DNA of 64,000 nucleotides from an uncultured Verrucomicrobiales bacterium (GTDB lineage Bacteria; Verrucomicrobiota; Verrucomicrobiia; Limisphaerales; Palsa-1400), in assembly GCA_903898185.1 (NCBI GenBank), contig CAIUEN010000364.1, positions 13,394 through 77,393 on the forward strand, given 5' to 3'. This document shows positions 1 to 8,759 of this stretch, piece by piece. Below the pieces are notes generated by a model. The model saw only the letters and a program-made list of their open reading frames with translations, did no database searches and was not told the DNA's origin. Within the stretch, counting starts at the first letter, position 1. The number at the start of each line of letters is the position of its first letter. Position numbers and translations under genes: made by a program.

Positions 1-134
1 CCCAGTCCACCCCAGGAAAGCTGAAGCAGAAGATACTTGGTACCAACCTGCGTGGTCGAGCTGTACAGCATGACGATGCCCACGCCAAGCAAGGCGCAAA
101 CACAGGAAACCAGGATGGTGGTGACCCATTTCAT
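1..134 (-). CDS. ftsW: SEDS-family protein FtsW/RodA, first 44 codons only (gene runs off the left edge)
   Basis: Too short for the ORF track. The reverse-strand ATG at 132-134 translates to MKWVTTILVSCVCALLGVGIVMLYSSTTQVGTKYLLLQLSWGGLG. This is TM1 plus the vMlYSsS...Q..W..lG signature of FtsW/RodA. It sits downstream of mraY in a dcw cluster. Confidence 0.7.
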   Translation of the reverse strand, partial: MKWVTTILVSCVCALLGVGIVMLYSSTTQVGTKYLLLQLSWGGL

Positions 135-208
135 CTTTCGTCAATGCGCCGGGGAATGGGCGGACGCCAGGCCGAGGTTGCCTGACATCCGTCACAGTAT
201 CTGCCGGG

Positions 209-1150
209 TCAGTTGATTGCGGTCGTCGCGTGCGGCGTATGCGAAAACGGGGTTGAGGCAGGAGCCGTGCCATTGGTGGTGGACCCCGGCATTTCAGACG
301 GAGCCGCTACGGTCGAAGTTTTCGGGGTCGGCATTTTAAGCTTTTGGCCAACTTTCAGATTATTCTGCGACTTGAGGCCGTTATGGGCAACAATGGCCTT
401 GACCGTGGTATGATGATTCTTGGCGATGCGAACAAGGTTGTCGCCGGCTTTGACCGTGTAAACCGTCGATTCGGCGCTGACGGGCGCGTCAGCAGCGCCC
501 GAAGCGTCGGTCGTCGTCGATGCGGATGAGGACGCAACAGCGGTGGGAATCTGAATCTTCTGGCCAACCTTGAGCTTTCTTGGATCAACACCCGGATTGG
601 CTTCCTGCAGCGCCTTGAGTGTCACTCCATGCTTCTTGGCGACCACAGCCAGAGTGTCACCCTTGGCAATCGCGTATTCCGAGACAGAAGAAGCCGACGG
701 TGACAACGAGGGCGCAACGGTCGTCAGAGCGCTCACTGGGGTCGGGGTCGTTGGCGTGATCGGAGCGACGGTAGTCGTGCCGGGGTTTGATGTCAGCGGC
801 GCAATCGGCGCAACAGCAGCAGTGTTGGACGAGACAATAGGCGGCACCTCGACCGAGCCACTTGGAACGGCGGAGGGAGTGCTCACTCCGGACGGGCTGC
901 CTGCCACGGCGGACGAGTTATTGATGTTTGGTTCCACCGGGTAAACCGGTGTGGCGTCGGTGGTGGTCAAACTGGAGACGCTGGAGTCGTCTTTTCTGGC
1001 GGTCGATGTGTCTTTGCTGCAACCCCAGAAAAGGAGGCTGCCGATGAAAGCAACGTGAACTACGACGATGGTCAATACGGCGTTACGAACTGCGGATTTG
1101 CCCCCGGCTGGAGTTGTTCCTTGGGGGACGAGCGGGTTTGGATTATTCAT
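209..1150 (-). CDS. membrane-anchored (possibly lipoprotein) protein with two LysM peptidoglycan-binding domains
   Basis: 313-aa ORF. It has an N-terminal TM/signal anchor (AVLTIVVVHVAFIGSLLFWGCS), a long Ser/Thr/Pro/Ala linker and two LysM repeats (YAIAKGDTLAVVAKKHGVTLKALQEANP...GQKIQIP and YTVKAGDNLVRIAKNHHTTVKAIVAHNGL...GQKLKMP). Confidence 0.85.
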   Translation of the reverse strand: MNNPNPLVPQGTTPAGGKSAVRNAVLTIVVVHVAFIGSLLFWGCSKDTSTARKDDSSVSSLTTTDATPVYPVEPNINNSSAVAGSPSGVSTPSAVPSGSVEVPPIVSSNTAAVAPIAPLTSNPGTTTVAPITPTTPTPVSALTTVAPSLSPSASSVSEYAIAKGDTLAVVAKKHGVTLKALQEANPGVDPRKLKVGQKIQIPTAVASSSASTTTDASGAADAPVSAESTVYTVKAGDNLVRIAKNHHTTVKAIVAHNGLKSQNNLKVGQKLKMPTPKTSTVAAPSEMPGSTTNGTAPASTPFSHTPHATTAIN

Positions 1151-1201
1151 TTCTTAGGCGCTGGTGCGTGTTTTTTTAGTTGAGGTTATTTCTGTGTTGT
1201 T

Positions 1202-1234
1202 GCGCCGGGGTTTTCCCTCAAAAAACCCCGGCGC
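1202..1234. other. perfect 13-bp inverted repeat hairpin (GCGCCGGGGTTTT / AAAACCCCGGCGC, 7-nt loop) in the mraY-lysM spacer
   Basis: Read directly from the sequence. There is no clean U-tract after the stem on the minus (gene) strand, so it is not a canonical intrinsic terminator. It could be an RNA processing or stability element. Confidence 0.5.
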
Positions 1235-1469
1235 AAAGCATAAATTCAAATTCTTTTGGTTCTTCGCTCAGTACGCCGGGTAAAATCAAAAACAAGCCGT
1301 TCAGGAAACGCGTTCATTCGCATTCCTTGGATGGCTTGTAACAACGAAGTTGCAACGGCGCAAGCAGGAAACGAACATCCCGATCCGACAAATCCGGTCG
1401 CGGCAGGCTCAATTACCTTCTCAGTATTAGAAATCGTGTTCACTTGATTTGTTTGGCTTCTTTCTCTCT

Positions 1470-2624
1470 TTAGCGGATTTTCAGCGTGCTCAACGCCACC
1501 ACAGCCCAGAGCACGCTCAAGATATAGAAACGGGTGACCACCCGGGACTCGTGCCATCCCTTTTTCTCGAAATGATGGTGCAGCGGGGCCATCAGAAACA
1601 CCCGCTGGCCGGTGCCGTAGCGCCGCTTTGTGTATTTGAACCACCCGGTCTGGATCATCACCGAAACGGCTTCCGCCACGAAAACGGCCCCGGCAATGAC
1701 CAGCACCAGCGGCTGATGGATCAGTACCGCGATGATGCCAATCACACCGCCCAGAGTCAGCGACCCAGTATCGCCCATGAAAACTTGCGCGGGATGGCAA
1801 TTGAACCAGAGAAAACCCAGGCCCGCGCCGATGATTGCGGCGCAAAAGACCGTCAGTTCCCCCGCCCCCTCGACGTGCGGGATTTGCAGGTAGGCGGCGG
1901 TCTTGGCGTTGCCGGCGACGTACGTCAGAACCAAGAACACGAACGCAACGATGGTCGTGCATCCGCAAGCCAGGCCATCAAGACCATCTGTTAAATTTAC
2001 AGCATTCGAGCTGCCAACAATGGTGAGTGTTGTCAGAATGATCCCGATCACCGTGCCGGTCAGCCCCACAGCAACTGGGTGTTTGTAAAATGGCACCATC
2101 ACCTCGCTGATCAGCGAGGAGGTCGAAGGCAGTGACCAGAGGTAAAACGCGATGAAAATCCCCAGCGCGGACTGGACGCACAGTTTGACCAATGAAGTCG
2201 TCCCCTTGCCGCTCTGCTCGGTGATCTTGGCGTAGTCGTCGTAAAAGCCCAGGCCGCAGAGGACTACAACTGACAGAAGCGTCAACTGGATCAGCGCATT
2301 CCATTGCGTCCACAGCAGGGCGGTCAGGTCCAGCACGACCGCGATCAGCAGACCGCCCATGGTCGGAGTGCCGCGCTTGCTGAGGATTCGCGCATGGAGC
2401 TGCCCCCCCGTCTCGGCCTTATCCTGGTAATCTTGACCAAATTTCAACTGTTTGAGCCATTGGATGAAGATCGGCCCCAAGCACCAGCTTAAGACCAACG
2501 CGCTCACCGCCGCGCCCGCGCTACGAAAGGTGATGTAGCGAAAAATACGCAGTGGCGACAATGCCGCCTCATGCGACGTGCCCGCTGACCATTCCAAGAT
2601 CCACTGGCTCAAGTAATAAAGCAT
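1470..2624 (-). CDS. mraY: phospho-N-acetylmuramoyl-pentapeptide transferase MraY
   Basis: The ORF 1470..2657 matches MraY throughout (MLYYLSQWI..., ...GTPTMGG..., ...NAVNLTDGLDGLA..., ...MGDTGSL..., ...APLHHHFE...). I place the start at the ATG at 2622-2624 (MLYYL...), 1 nt after the murF stop at 2626-2628. Confidence 0.95.
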   Translation of the reverse strand: MLYYLSQWILEWSAGTSHEAALSPLRIFRYITFRSAGAAVSALVLSWCLGPIFIQWLKQLKFGQDYQDKAETGGQLHARILSKRGTPTMGGLLIAVVLDLTALLWTQWNALIQLTLLSVVVLCGLGFYDDYAKITEQSGKGTTSLVKLCVQSALGIFIAFYLWSLPSTSSLISEVMVPFYKHPVAVGLTGTVIGIILTTLTIVGSSNAVNLTDGLDGLACGCTTIVAFVFLVLTYVAGNAKTAAYLQIPHVEGAGELTVFCAAIIGAGLGFLWFNCHPAQVFMGDTGSLTLGGVIGIIAVLIHQPLVLVIAGAVFVAEAVSVMIQTGWFKYTKRRYGTGQRVFLMAPLHHHFEKKGWHESRVVTRFYILSVLWAVVALSTLKIR

Positions 2625-2625
2625 G

Positions 2626-4029
2626 CTAAAGCGCTCCCTCCGGCATTTCTGAGCCATTTCGCAGAATTGCAGTCACTTGTTCGAGCTTCATTGACCGCGA
2701 TGCCTTGATCAGAACCAAATCGTCCGAATGCGCAAATCCCTTGATCCACCGGCCAGCCGCCTCAATTTCCATAATCTCAATCACGTTCTGCAAACCGCCC
2801 TCTCGCGCTCCCTCCGCAATGCCTTTGGCCCGCGAGCCGACGGTCACCAGTTGGTCCACTCCCAACGCGGCAACCTGCTGGCCAACCTCCAAGTGAGCAT
2901 GCGGGCTTTCCAGCCCCAATTCGCCCATATCGCCCAACACGGCCACACGACGGCCCAAACAAGGAATCTCTCTCAAGGTTTGCAGGGCGGCAGTCATGGA
3001 ATCCGCGTTTGCGTTATAACAGTCTTCGAGAACACGCAGGCCATTGAAGTTCCACAATTGAAGACGCATTTTCGCGGGGACGCATTCGGCCAATCCGTGG
3101 GCAATTTGCTCGCGGCTCAGCCCGAGTTCCGCGCCGATTGCAATAGCGAACAAGGCATTGGCAACCTGGTGTCGGCCAAGTAATTGAACCCGGTATTCAC
3201 CGTCCCAGCCGCCAGTGGGGCCAGTAACATAAAACCTGACTCCCGAGGCGTCAAAATGAACATTCCCTGCCCTCCAGTCGTTGCCGGATGCGAGTCCGAG
3301 CCGCAATGGACGTCCATAGGTGCGTTCGGCTAGCAACTCCGCCCACGAATCGTCGCCGTTGAGAAACAACGTGCCAGTGGCAGGAACCGCTTCGGCGATG
3401 CTTCCCTCTTCATGAACCACGCCTTCGATGTCGCGGAAAAACTCGAGATGTTCGCGCCCGATGTTCGTAATCACGCCAAAATTGGGCGAAATAATACGCA
3501 TCAGCGGCGCCAATTCGCCAGGATGATTGGTGCCAGCCTCGACAACTGCCGCCTTGTGTGAGCGATCCAGCCGCAACAACGTCAAAGGAACGCCAATGTC
3601 GTTATTGAAACTGGCCTCGCTCCACAGAACCGGTCCAGCCTGGCGCAGAACCGCCGCAATCAGCTCCTTGGTGGTGGTTTTGCCGTTGGACCCGCCCACC
3701 GCAATGACGGGCGCGTGAAAATCACGACGATAACGCTCCGCCAGACGCCCCAGCGCCAGCCTCGTACTGTCAACAGCTACAACCGGGCACGCGGAAAAAC
3801 CGGCGGGTATCCGGGAGCGTTCGGCAACAACCGCAGCCACGCCTTTGGCAGCCGCCTCGGACAAGAAGGAGTGTCCGTCAAACCGCTCTCCCGCGATGGC
3901 GATGAACAGATCACCCGCCGCCACGCCTCGTGAATCGGTGGAGATGCGCACAGCCGTCGCGTAAGGAGAACCGCCAAGCAGTTCTCCCGCGCAGCCATCA
4001 GCAATATATTGAAGTGAACGAGACTCCAT
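2626..4029 (-). CDS. murF: UDP-N-acetylmuramoyl-tripeptide--D-alanyl-D-alanine ligase MurF
   Basis: 467 aa. It has a MurF-type N-terminus (ISTDSRGVAAGDLFIAIAGERFDGHSF) and the P-loop GGSNGKTTTKE. It lies between ftsI and mraY. Confidence 0.9.
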   Translation of the reverse strand: MESRSLQYIADGCAGELLGGSPYATAVRISTDSRGVAAGDLFIAIAGERFDGHSFLSEAAAKGVAAVVAERSRIPAGFSACPVVAVDSTRLALGRLAERYRRDFHAPVIAVGGSNGKTTTKELIAAVLRQAGPVLWSEASFNNDIGVPLTLLRLDRSHKAAVVEAGTNHPGELAPLMRIISPNFGVITNIGREHLEFFRDIEGVVHEEGSIAEAVPATGTLFLNGDDSWAELLAERTYGRPLRLGLASGNDWRAGNVHFDASGVRFYVTGPTGGWDGEYRVQLLGRHQVANALFAIAIGAELGLSREQIAHGLAECVPAKMRLQLWNFNGLRVLEDCYNANADSMTAALQTLREIPCLGRRVAVLGDMGELGLESPHAHLEVGQQVAALGVDQLVTVGSRAKGIAEGAREGGLQNVIEIMEIEAAGRWIKGFAHSDDLVLIKASRSMKLEQVTAILRNGSEMPEGAL

Positions 4030-4061
4030 GAAAAACTTGTCTGGCTAATCTGATCCTGGGA

Positions 4062-6095
4062 TCATTGCGCGGCAGCCTTTCCGCTTTGCGGTTTGCGGCC
4101 CGGTGCGCTCCCCACGGTCGCCAGTGTTGTCGTGCTGATGGAAAACGGATCCGACTGCGGGTCAATGTCGGGCTTCAGATTTAAGTAATTGGCCGCCTGT
4201 TCGGCTATGGCCCGGAAAACGGGACCGGCAGTTTTACCGCCGTAATACTGGTTCTGGCTCGGCTGATCCATGACCACCGAGATGCACAGTTCCGGGTTAT
4301 CGGCCGGAAAGAAGCCGATGAACGACGAGAAAAACTTCGAGACATACTGACCGTTTTCAACCTTTTGAGCGGTTCCGGTCTTGCCCGCGACGGTGTAGTG
4401 CTCCAGCGCAGCGCCTTCGGCGGTGCCATCAACTGTAGGCACTTTCTTCAAAGCTGCAACCATCTGTTTTGCTGCCTGTTCGGAAATGACGCGCGCGACC
4501 ACTTGCGGCTGGTATTTGGCGACCAATAGACCGTCCTCATAAGAGCCATCCACCAAGCGGTCCACGAGCATTGGCCGCATCAGCACTCCGTTGTTGGCAA
4601 TCGCGCTCATCGCCATTACCGTTTGCAACGGGGTGACGGCAACGCCATGGCCCATCGGAATTTGCGCGATTGAAACCTTGCTCCAACGTTTCGTTGGATG
4701 CACCAGACCCGGAACTTCGCCTGGCAGCGGGATGCCGGTCTTAACGCCGAAGCCATAGCGGCGTATGTATTGATACAAGCGCTCCTCCCCAAGTCGAATG
4801 CCCACTTTTGCAGCGCCAATATTCGACGACTTCATGATGATGTCCATGACGGACAGATCGCCAAAACCGTGGTGGGCATCGTGCAGGACTTTTCCGGCGA
4901 ACGCAAAACGGCCCATCTCGCAATTGAAGACGTCGTTTAGAGAAACGATCCCCTCGTTCAGGCCAGCGGAAATCGGAACGATTTTGAAGGTTGAACCCGG
5001 CTCTGCAATATCGCAGACAACGCGATTGCGGAGCGCCTCAATCGGGTATTTGCCCGGCTCATTGGCATCGAAATTGGGCAGGGTCGCCATAGCTAGGATT
5101 TCTCCGGTGCGCGGACGCACAACGATGCAGGAAATGCTGATCGGCTGGTTCTTCTTCATCCCTTCGGCCAATTCAGTCTCGACGATATTCTGAATCCCGG
5201 CATCAAGGGTCAGAACCACATTGAGACCATTGCGAGGGGCGACATCCTGGTCACGAAAGCTCAGGATTTCGCGTTTGCGACTGTCCAACTCGGTGCGACG
5301 CCAACCGGGCGTGCCAGTGAGCTTGGAATTGAAAACCATTTCAATGCCGTTCAACCCGGTTTCCAATTCAACCTTGTCTTGGTTGGTAGAGGCTGAGACA
5401 CGGTTTGCCGCCACAACCGCATTAGGCATCGCTCTGCCTGCGTTGGCGGTAGGCGCATTGGTCGGCTTGGCGGGGTAGCCAACATATCCCAAGACATGCG
5501 ATGCCAGGAATAGATTGGGATAACGTCGTACCTGGTCATTCTCGGAGAATACTCCGGCCTTGCGCAGATCTCCGTAAAACTTTTGTTCCTTCTTGGGAAG
5601 CTTGGACTCGTTCAAGCCGAAGCTCAGATTGGTCATCGCGACCTGGATTTGCCGCCAATTCTCCAAGGGCACCTTTCGTTTAAGCACCACGTAGGTGTTG
5701 GTTTTGCCATCTTTGCGAATCCTGGGTGCCAGGCGCTCTAACAAATTGGTGAAGCTGGCCGGTCCCGTGGCATTGGTCATGCCCAAGAGCGGCGCCAGGG
5801 TTTGCGCGACCTGCATGCGGCAATGACCAAACAAGGCCGGATTTGCGCAAACGACTTTCACTGGCACGCTTGTGGCCAGTGGAGTTCCGTGAATGTCCAG
5901 AATTTGGCCTCGCATCGGATCAAGCCGGAATGTGCGGCTGGTATTCTCTTCAGCCAAGGCGCGAAGTTCCTCGTGCCGGTTGACTTGGAGGTCAAAAAGC
6001 CTGAATCCCAAAAAAGCGAGCGCCAGGACAACAAACGTTGCCAGGAACCACAATCTTTTCTGTTGCTTGTTCATTAAAATACAATTGCCGATCAT
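4062..6095 (-). CDS. ftsI: penicillin-binding protein / peptidoglycan D,D-transpeptidase FtsI (class B PBP)
   Basis: 677 aa with an N-terminal TM (RLWFLATFVVLALAFLGF), a PBP dimerisation region and a transpeptidase domain with STFK, SSN and KTGT motifs. An alternative start is the ATG at 6072-6074 (MNKQQK...). Confidence 0.9.
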   Translation of the reverse strand: MIGNCILMNKQQKRLWFLATFVVLALAFLGFRLFDLQVNRHEELRALAEENTSRTFRLDPMRGQILDIHGTPLATSVPVKVVCANPALFGHCRMQVAQTLAPLLGMTNATGPASFTNLLERLAPRIRKDGKTNTYVVLKRKVPLENWRQIQVAMTNLSFGLNESKLPKKEQKFYGDLRKAGVFSENDQVRRYPNLFLASHVLGYVGYPAKPTNAPTANAGRAMPNAVVAANRVSASTNQDKVELETGLNGIEMVFNSKLTGTPGWRRTELDSRKREILSFRDQDVAPRNGLNVVLTLDAGIQNIVETELAEGMKKNQPISISCIVVRPRTGEILAMATLPNFDANEPGKYPIEALRNRVVCDIAEPGSTFKIVPISAGLNEGIVSLNDVFNCEMGRFAFAGKVLHDAHHGFGDLSVMDIIMKSSNIGAAKVGIRLGEERLYQYIRRYGFGVKTGIPLPGEVPGLVHPTKRWSKVSIAQIPMGHGVAVTPLQTVMAMSAIANNGVLMRPMLVDRLVDGSYEDGLLVAKYQPQVVARVISEQAAKQMVAALKKVPTVDGTAEGAALEHYTVAGKTGTAQKVENGQYVSKFFSSFIGFFPADNPELCISVVMDQPSQNQYYGGKTAGPVFRAIAEQAANYLNLKPDIDPQSDPFSISTTTLATVGSAPGRKPQSGKAAAQ

Positions 6096-6143
6096 CCGTG
6101 CTGTTCGGTTTTCTCAACCAACAAACACAGGTGGAGGCAAAAA

Positions 6144-6527
6144 TCATTCCTCACCATCAACGCCTTGAACCCGCCCCTCGTTGGACGACCGAGTGTGCGC
6201 CGATGAGAATCCCGGCGCGGGGGCTGGCTCTGTCAGATGCACCACCTGCGAGACTGAGGGGATGCCCAATCCCAGATTCATTTTCTTGGCCCGCGCATCC
6301 AATTCGCCCGGAGAGCTGCGCTCGGCCAATTGATCCTGGCGGCTCTTGTTGCCACGCTGAAGATCAGCTAGGCGCATCTCGAGTTTTCCGATCTCGTCTC
6401 CCAACACTTTGATCTGGCTCTTGTACCAGACATATCCCACGCCTGAGGTCACAAAAAATGCGCAAAGCAGCAAGGCTTTGAGCGCCGACGCAAAATTCGG
6501 CTCCGAATTGCTTTTTCTGTTGGCCAT
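6144..6527 (-). CDS. ftsL: cell division protein FtsL-like (bitopic, coiled coil)
   Basis: 127 aa with a short N-terminal tail, one TM (ALLLCAFFVTSGVGYVWY), a coiled coil and the FtsL-like tail ELDARAKKMNLGLGIPSVSQVV. It occupies the canonical slot between rsmH and ftsI. Confidence 0.65.
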   Translation of the reverse strand: MANRKSNSEPNFASALKALLLCAFFVTSGVGYVWYKSQIKVLGDEIGKLEMRLADLQRGNKSRQDQLAERSSPGELDARAKKMNLGLGIPSVSQVVHLTEPAPAPGFSSAHTRSSNEGRVQGVDGEE

Positions 6528-6612
6528 GGTTTTCTTTCTGGAGCTTCGGGCATCCGGCGGACTCTCCCGCGCTACGGCTGATCCGAGACTCGCTCAGCTA
6601 ATCTTCTCAAAC

Positions 6613-6687
6613 CTATTCAGGTAGCATAGGCATCCCTGCCTGTGCCCTCACTCCGACGAGCGTCAGCGAGACGCTAACTCTCCCCCC
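6613..6687 (+). repeat. family-A repeat copy A1 (degenerate termini), inside the dcw operon spacer
   Basis: CTATTCAGGTAGCATAGGCATCCCTGCCTGTGCCC...CGAGCGTCAGCGAGACGCTAAC aligns to the family-A consensus seen at 14829, 41136, 42255 and 43014. Confidence 0.7.
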
Positions 6688-6711
6688 GAACAGGCAAGAT
6701 GCCTGTTCTAC
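6688..6711. repeat. family-C palindrome (GAACAGGCAAGATGCCTGTTCTAC)
   Basis: It is a near-perfect palindrome. A related copy (GTAGAGCAGGCATCTTGCCTGCTC) lies at 45436-45459. Confidence 0.5.
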
Positions 6712-6715
6712 TTTG

Positions 6716-7645
6716 TCAAACCTTCTCAAATACACGCAATTGCGCACTGCGGCTGCGCGGGTTATCGCGCAACTCGCTCGCCCCAGGTAAAATCGCTTTC
6801 GATCCCAACCGTTTCAGCCGCGCCGGACGCGGACGCCGTAGTTCAGGAACATCCATCGTGCCAATCTGTTCGTAATCCCTGGACCAGTTCCGCCCGAAGT
6901 CCTTGACGCCCCGGTCTTCGAGCGAATGAAACGTAATCACCGCGAGCCGTCCGCCTGGACGCAAAACCTTTAGAGCGCCTTCCATGCCGCGTTTCAAAGA
7001 TCCAATCTCATCGTTCACCGCGATTCTCAACGCCTGAAACACTTTCGTGGCCGGGTGTGATTTACGCCCGCCACGCGGCGAAATCCGCTCCATCAATTGG
7101 GCCAACTGGAGCGTTCGCTCAAACGGACGCGTCTGCCGGTCCAGCGCAATCGCGCGGGCGATGCGCCTGGAATTCTCTTCCCCGCCAAATTCCCAAAAAA
7201 TCCGGGCCAGCTCATCTGGATTTGTTTCGTTAAGCAGCCGCGCTGCCGTCATCTCCTGCCGCTGATCCATTCTCATATCGAGCGGGCCGTCCTGCTGAAA
7301 ACTGAATCCGCGTTCCGCCCAATCGAGCTGCGGCGAACTCACCCCAAGGTCCAGCAGCACGCCATCGCAACTGTTCGCCTCAATCCAATCGGTCATGACG
7401 GCAAAGTCAGCTTGGTGAAGCTCAAATCGTCCCGCAAATCCCGCCAGGCGTATCTTCGCCGCTTCCATCGCTGCGCCATCGCGATCGAACGCATGCAGAT
7501 GTCCATTGGGCGAACTGGCTGTCAGAATGGCTGCCGCGTGCCCAGCTCCACCGACCGTGCCATCGACGTACCGCCCGCCCGGTCCGGGCGCCAGCGCCGT
7601 CAGGACTTCCACTGCTAAAACCGGTTTGTGGGTAAAGTTTGGCAC
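6716..7645 (-). CDS. rsmH: 16S rRNA (cytosine1402-N4)-methyltransferase RsmH (MraW)
   Basis: 309 aa with HKPVL, DGTVGGAGHA, DLGVSSPQLD and FHSLEDR motifs. It sits in the canonical dcw position. Confidence 0.95.
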   Translation of the reverse strand: MPNFTHKPVLAVEVLTALAPGPGGRYVDGTVGGAGHAAAILTASSPNGHLHAFDRDGAAMEAAKIRLAGFAGRFELHQADFAVMTDWIEANSCDGVLLDLGVSSPQLDWAERGFSFQQDGPLDMRMDQRQEMTAARLLNETNPDELARIFWEFGGEENSRRIARAIALDRQTRPFERTLQLAQLMERISPRGGRKSHPATKVFQALRIAVNDEIGSLKRGMEGALKVLRPGGRLAVITFHSLEDRGVKDFGRNWSRDYEQIGTMDVPELRRPRPARLKRLGSKAILPGASELRDNPRSRSAQLRVFEKV

Positions 7646-7659
7646 TTGTCATCGCTTCC

Positions 7660-8253
7660 TCAGGTTCTGGAGATCAATTCGTGGGTCTGCTTGACGCAAT
7701 AGGCCGAACTTCCCGATGCCGAGTCAGAAAACGGATCCTTGTTCGAGCGGAACAAGCGTTGGGTCAGCCGCATCCATCCGCTGGCCTGGCGTCCGTCAAA
7801 CGACGTTTCCGGTGCCCGCCTGGCGGCTTTTGAACCGCGAGTCACCACTTCGATATCGGTGTCGCTTAAATCATTTCTCGCCACCGTCACATGCTCCAGA
7901 TTCAATTCAATCTGGCCATGAACCGTGCTCTTGCGCCGGATGGAACTGCCTCCCACGAGATTGCGCATCATTGTTTTCCAGGCATTGCCCGAGGCGGCAT
8001 CCGCCCGCGCAACCGGTAATCTCGGTGATGCAGACAATCCTGTCTGCCGACCTGCCATCAGCGAAGCATCCGCAACGGATACCGATGACGCTTGCGTTGA
8101 TTTGGCAAATGGCGCCCCGGTTTCGAATGCCAGCGATCTCTGAGCCGGCTCAAACTTGGGAAGGATATGAGATATTTCCAGTTTGTAAGCGCCGGTTCGG
8201 TCTTTGGATTCCTTCAAAGACTGTCCCAAGGATAAGAATTGTATCATGCTCAT
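7660..8253 (-). CDS. hypothetical soluble protein wedged between mraZ and rsmH
   Basis: I trimmed the ORF 7660..8334 to the ATG at 8251-8253 (MSMIQFLSLG...). That start is 2 nt after the mraZ stop (8256-8258), and the ORF ends 14 nt before the rsmH start. I see no TM and recognise no domain. The tight packing argues it is expressed. Confidence 0.55.
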   Translation of the reverse strand: MSMIQFLSLGQSLKESKDRTGAYKLEISHILPKFEPAQRSLAFETGAPFAKSTQASSVSVADASLMAGRQTGLSASPRLPVARADAASGNAWKTMMRNLVGGSSIRRKSTVHGQIELNLEHVTVARNDLSDTDIEVVTRGSKAARRAPETSFDGRQASGWMRLTQRLFRSNKDPFSDSASGSSAYCVKQTHELISRT

Positions 8254-8255
8254 AG

Positions 8256-8759
8256 CTACTCCAACATTGCGAACGCCCGCGTGGCGATAACCGCATCGGC
8301 CGCCTTGACGTTTTCGTGTCGTTTTGGACTCCAAATTTCAAATCGATCGATCAAGCCCACCAGGATCGCCTGGTCTGTGATTTCCGCATTCCGAGCCATT
8401 TCTTCTGGAATGCAAATGCGCCCGCCCTTATCCACCGTGACCTGCACTGAGTTACTGCCGATGAACCGCTTGAACGAGGCCTTCTCGTTGGAACTGGGCA
8501 TGGCCTCTAGATTTCGGCGCAACTTCTGCATCTCCTCTGGAGGCAGAACACGCAAACATGCTCCCGCCTGGTCGTGAGGCCAGAGAATAACGGTCAATTC
8601 CGTGTCTGGGTCAGCCGGCCGCCACTTGGCCGGGATCTGTACGCGCCGTTTCTCGTCCACCCCATGAGGGTAAACAGAGTTATAGGTCACCGAACTGACG
8701 GCGTTCTCAGGCACGTTTTTAGAATTGTTCACAGGGCTACTTTCCACTTCGCCCCACAA
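8256..8759 (-). CDS. mraZ: transcriptional regulator MraZ
   Basis: It shows the MraZ double SpoVT/AbrB pattern (GVDEKRRVQIPAKWR ... VTVDKGGRICIPEEM). The track start at 8759 is a TTG. The true start is probably an internal GTG (for example 8688-8690), so the 5' end is uncertain. Confidence 0.85.
   Translation of the reverse strand: MWGEVESSPVNNSKNVPENAVSSVTYNSVYPHGVDEKRRVQIPAKWRPADPDTELTVILWPHDQAGACLRVLPPEEMQKLRRNLEAMPSSNEKASFKRFIGSNSVQVTVDKGGRICIPEEMARNAEITDQAILVGLIDRFEIWSPKRHENVKAADAVIATRAFAMLE

Noticed and set aside
2626-4029. Whether this Mur ligase is MurE rather than MurF, which would change the missing-gene interpretation.
   Set aside because: The N-terminal pattern (TDSR.V..GDLFIA..GE.FDGH.F) and the GGSNGKTTTKE P-loop are MurF-like. 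MurE typically has TGTNGKTT and a different N-terminus. I kept MurF.
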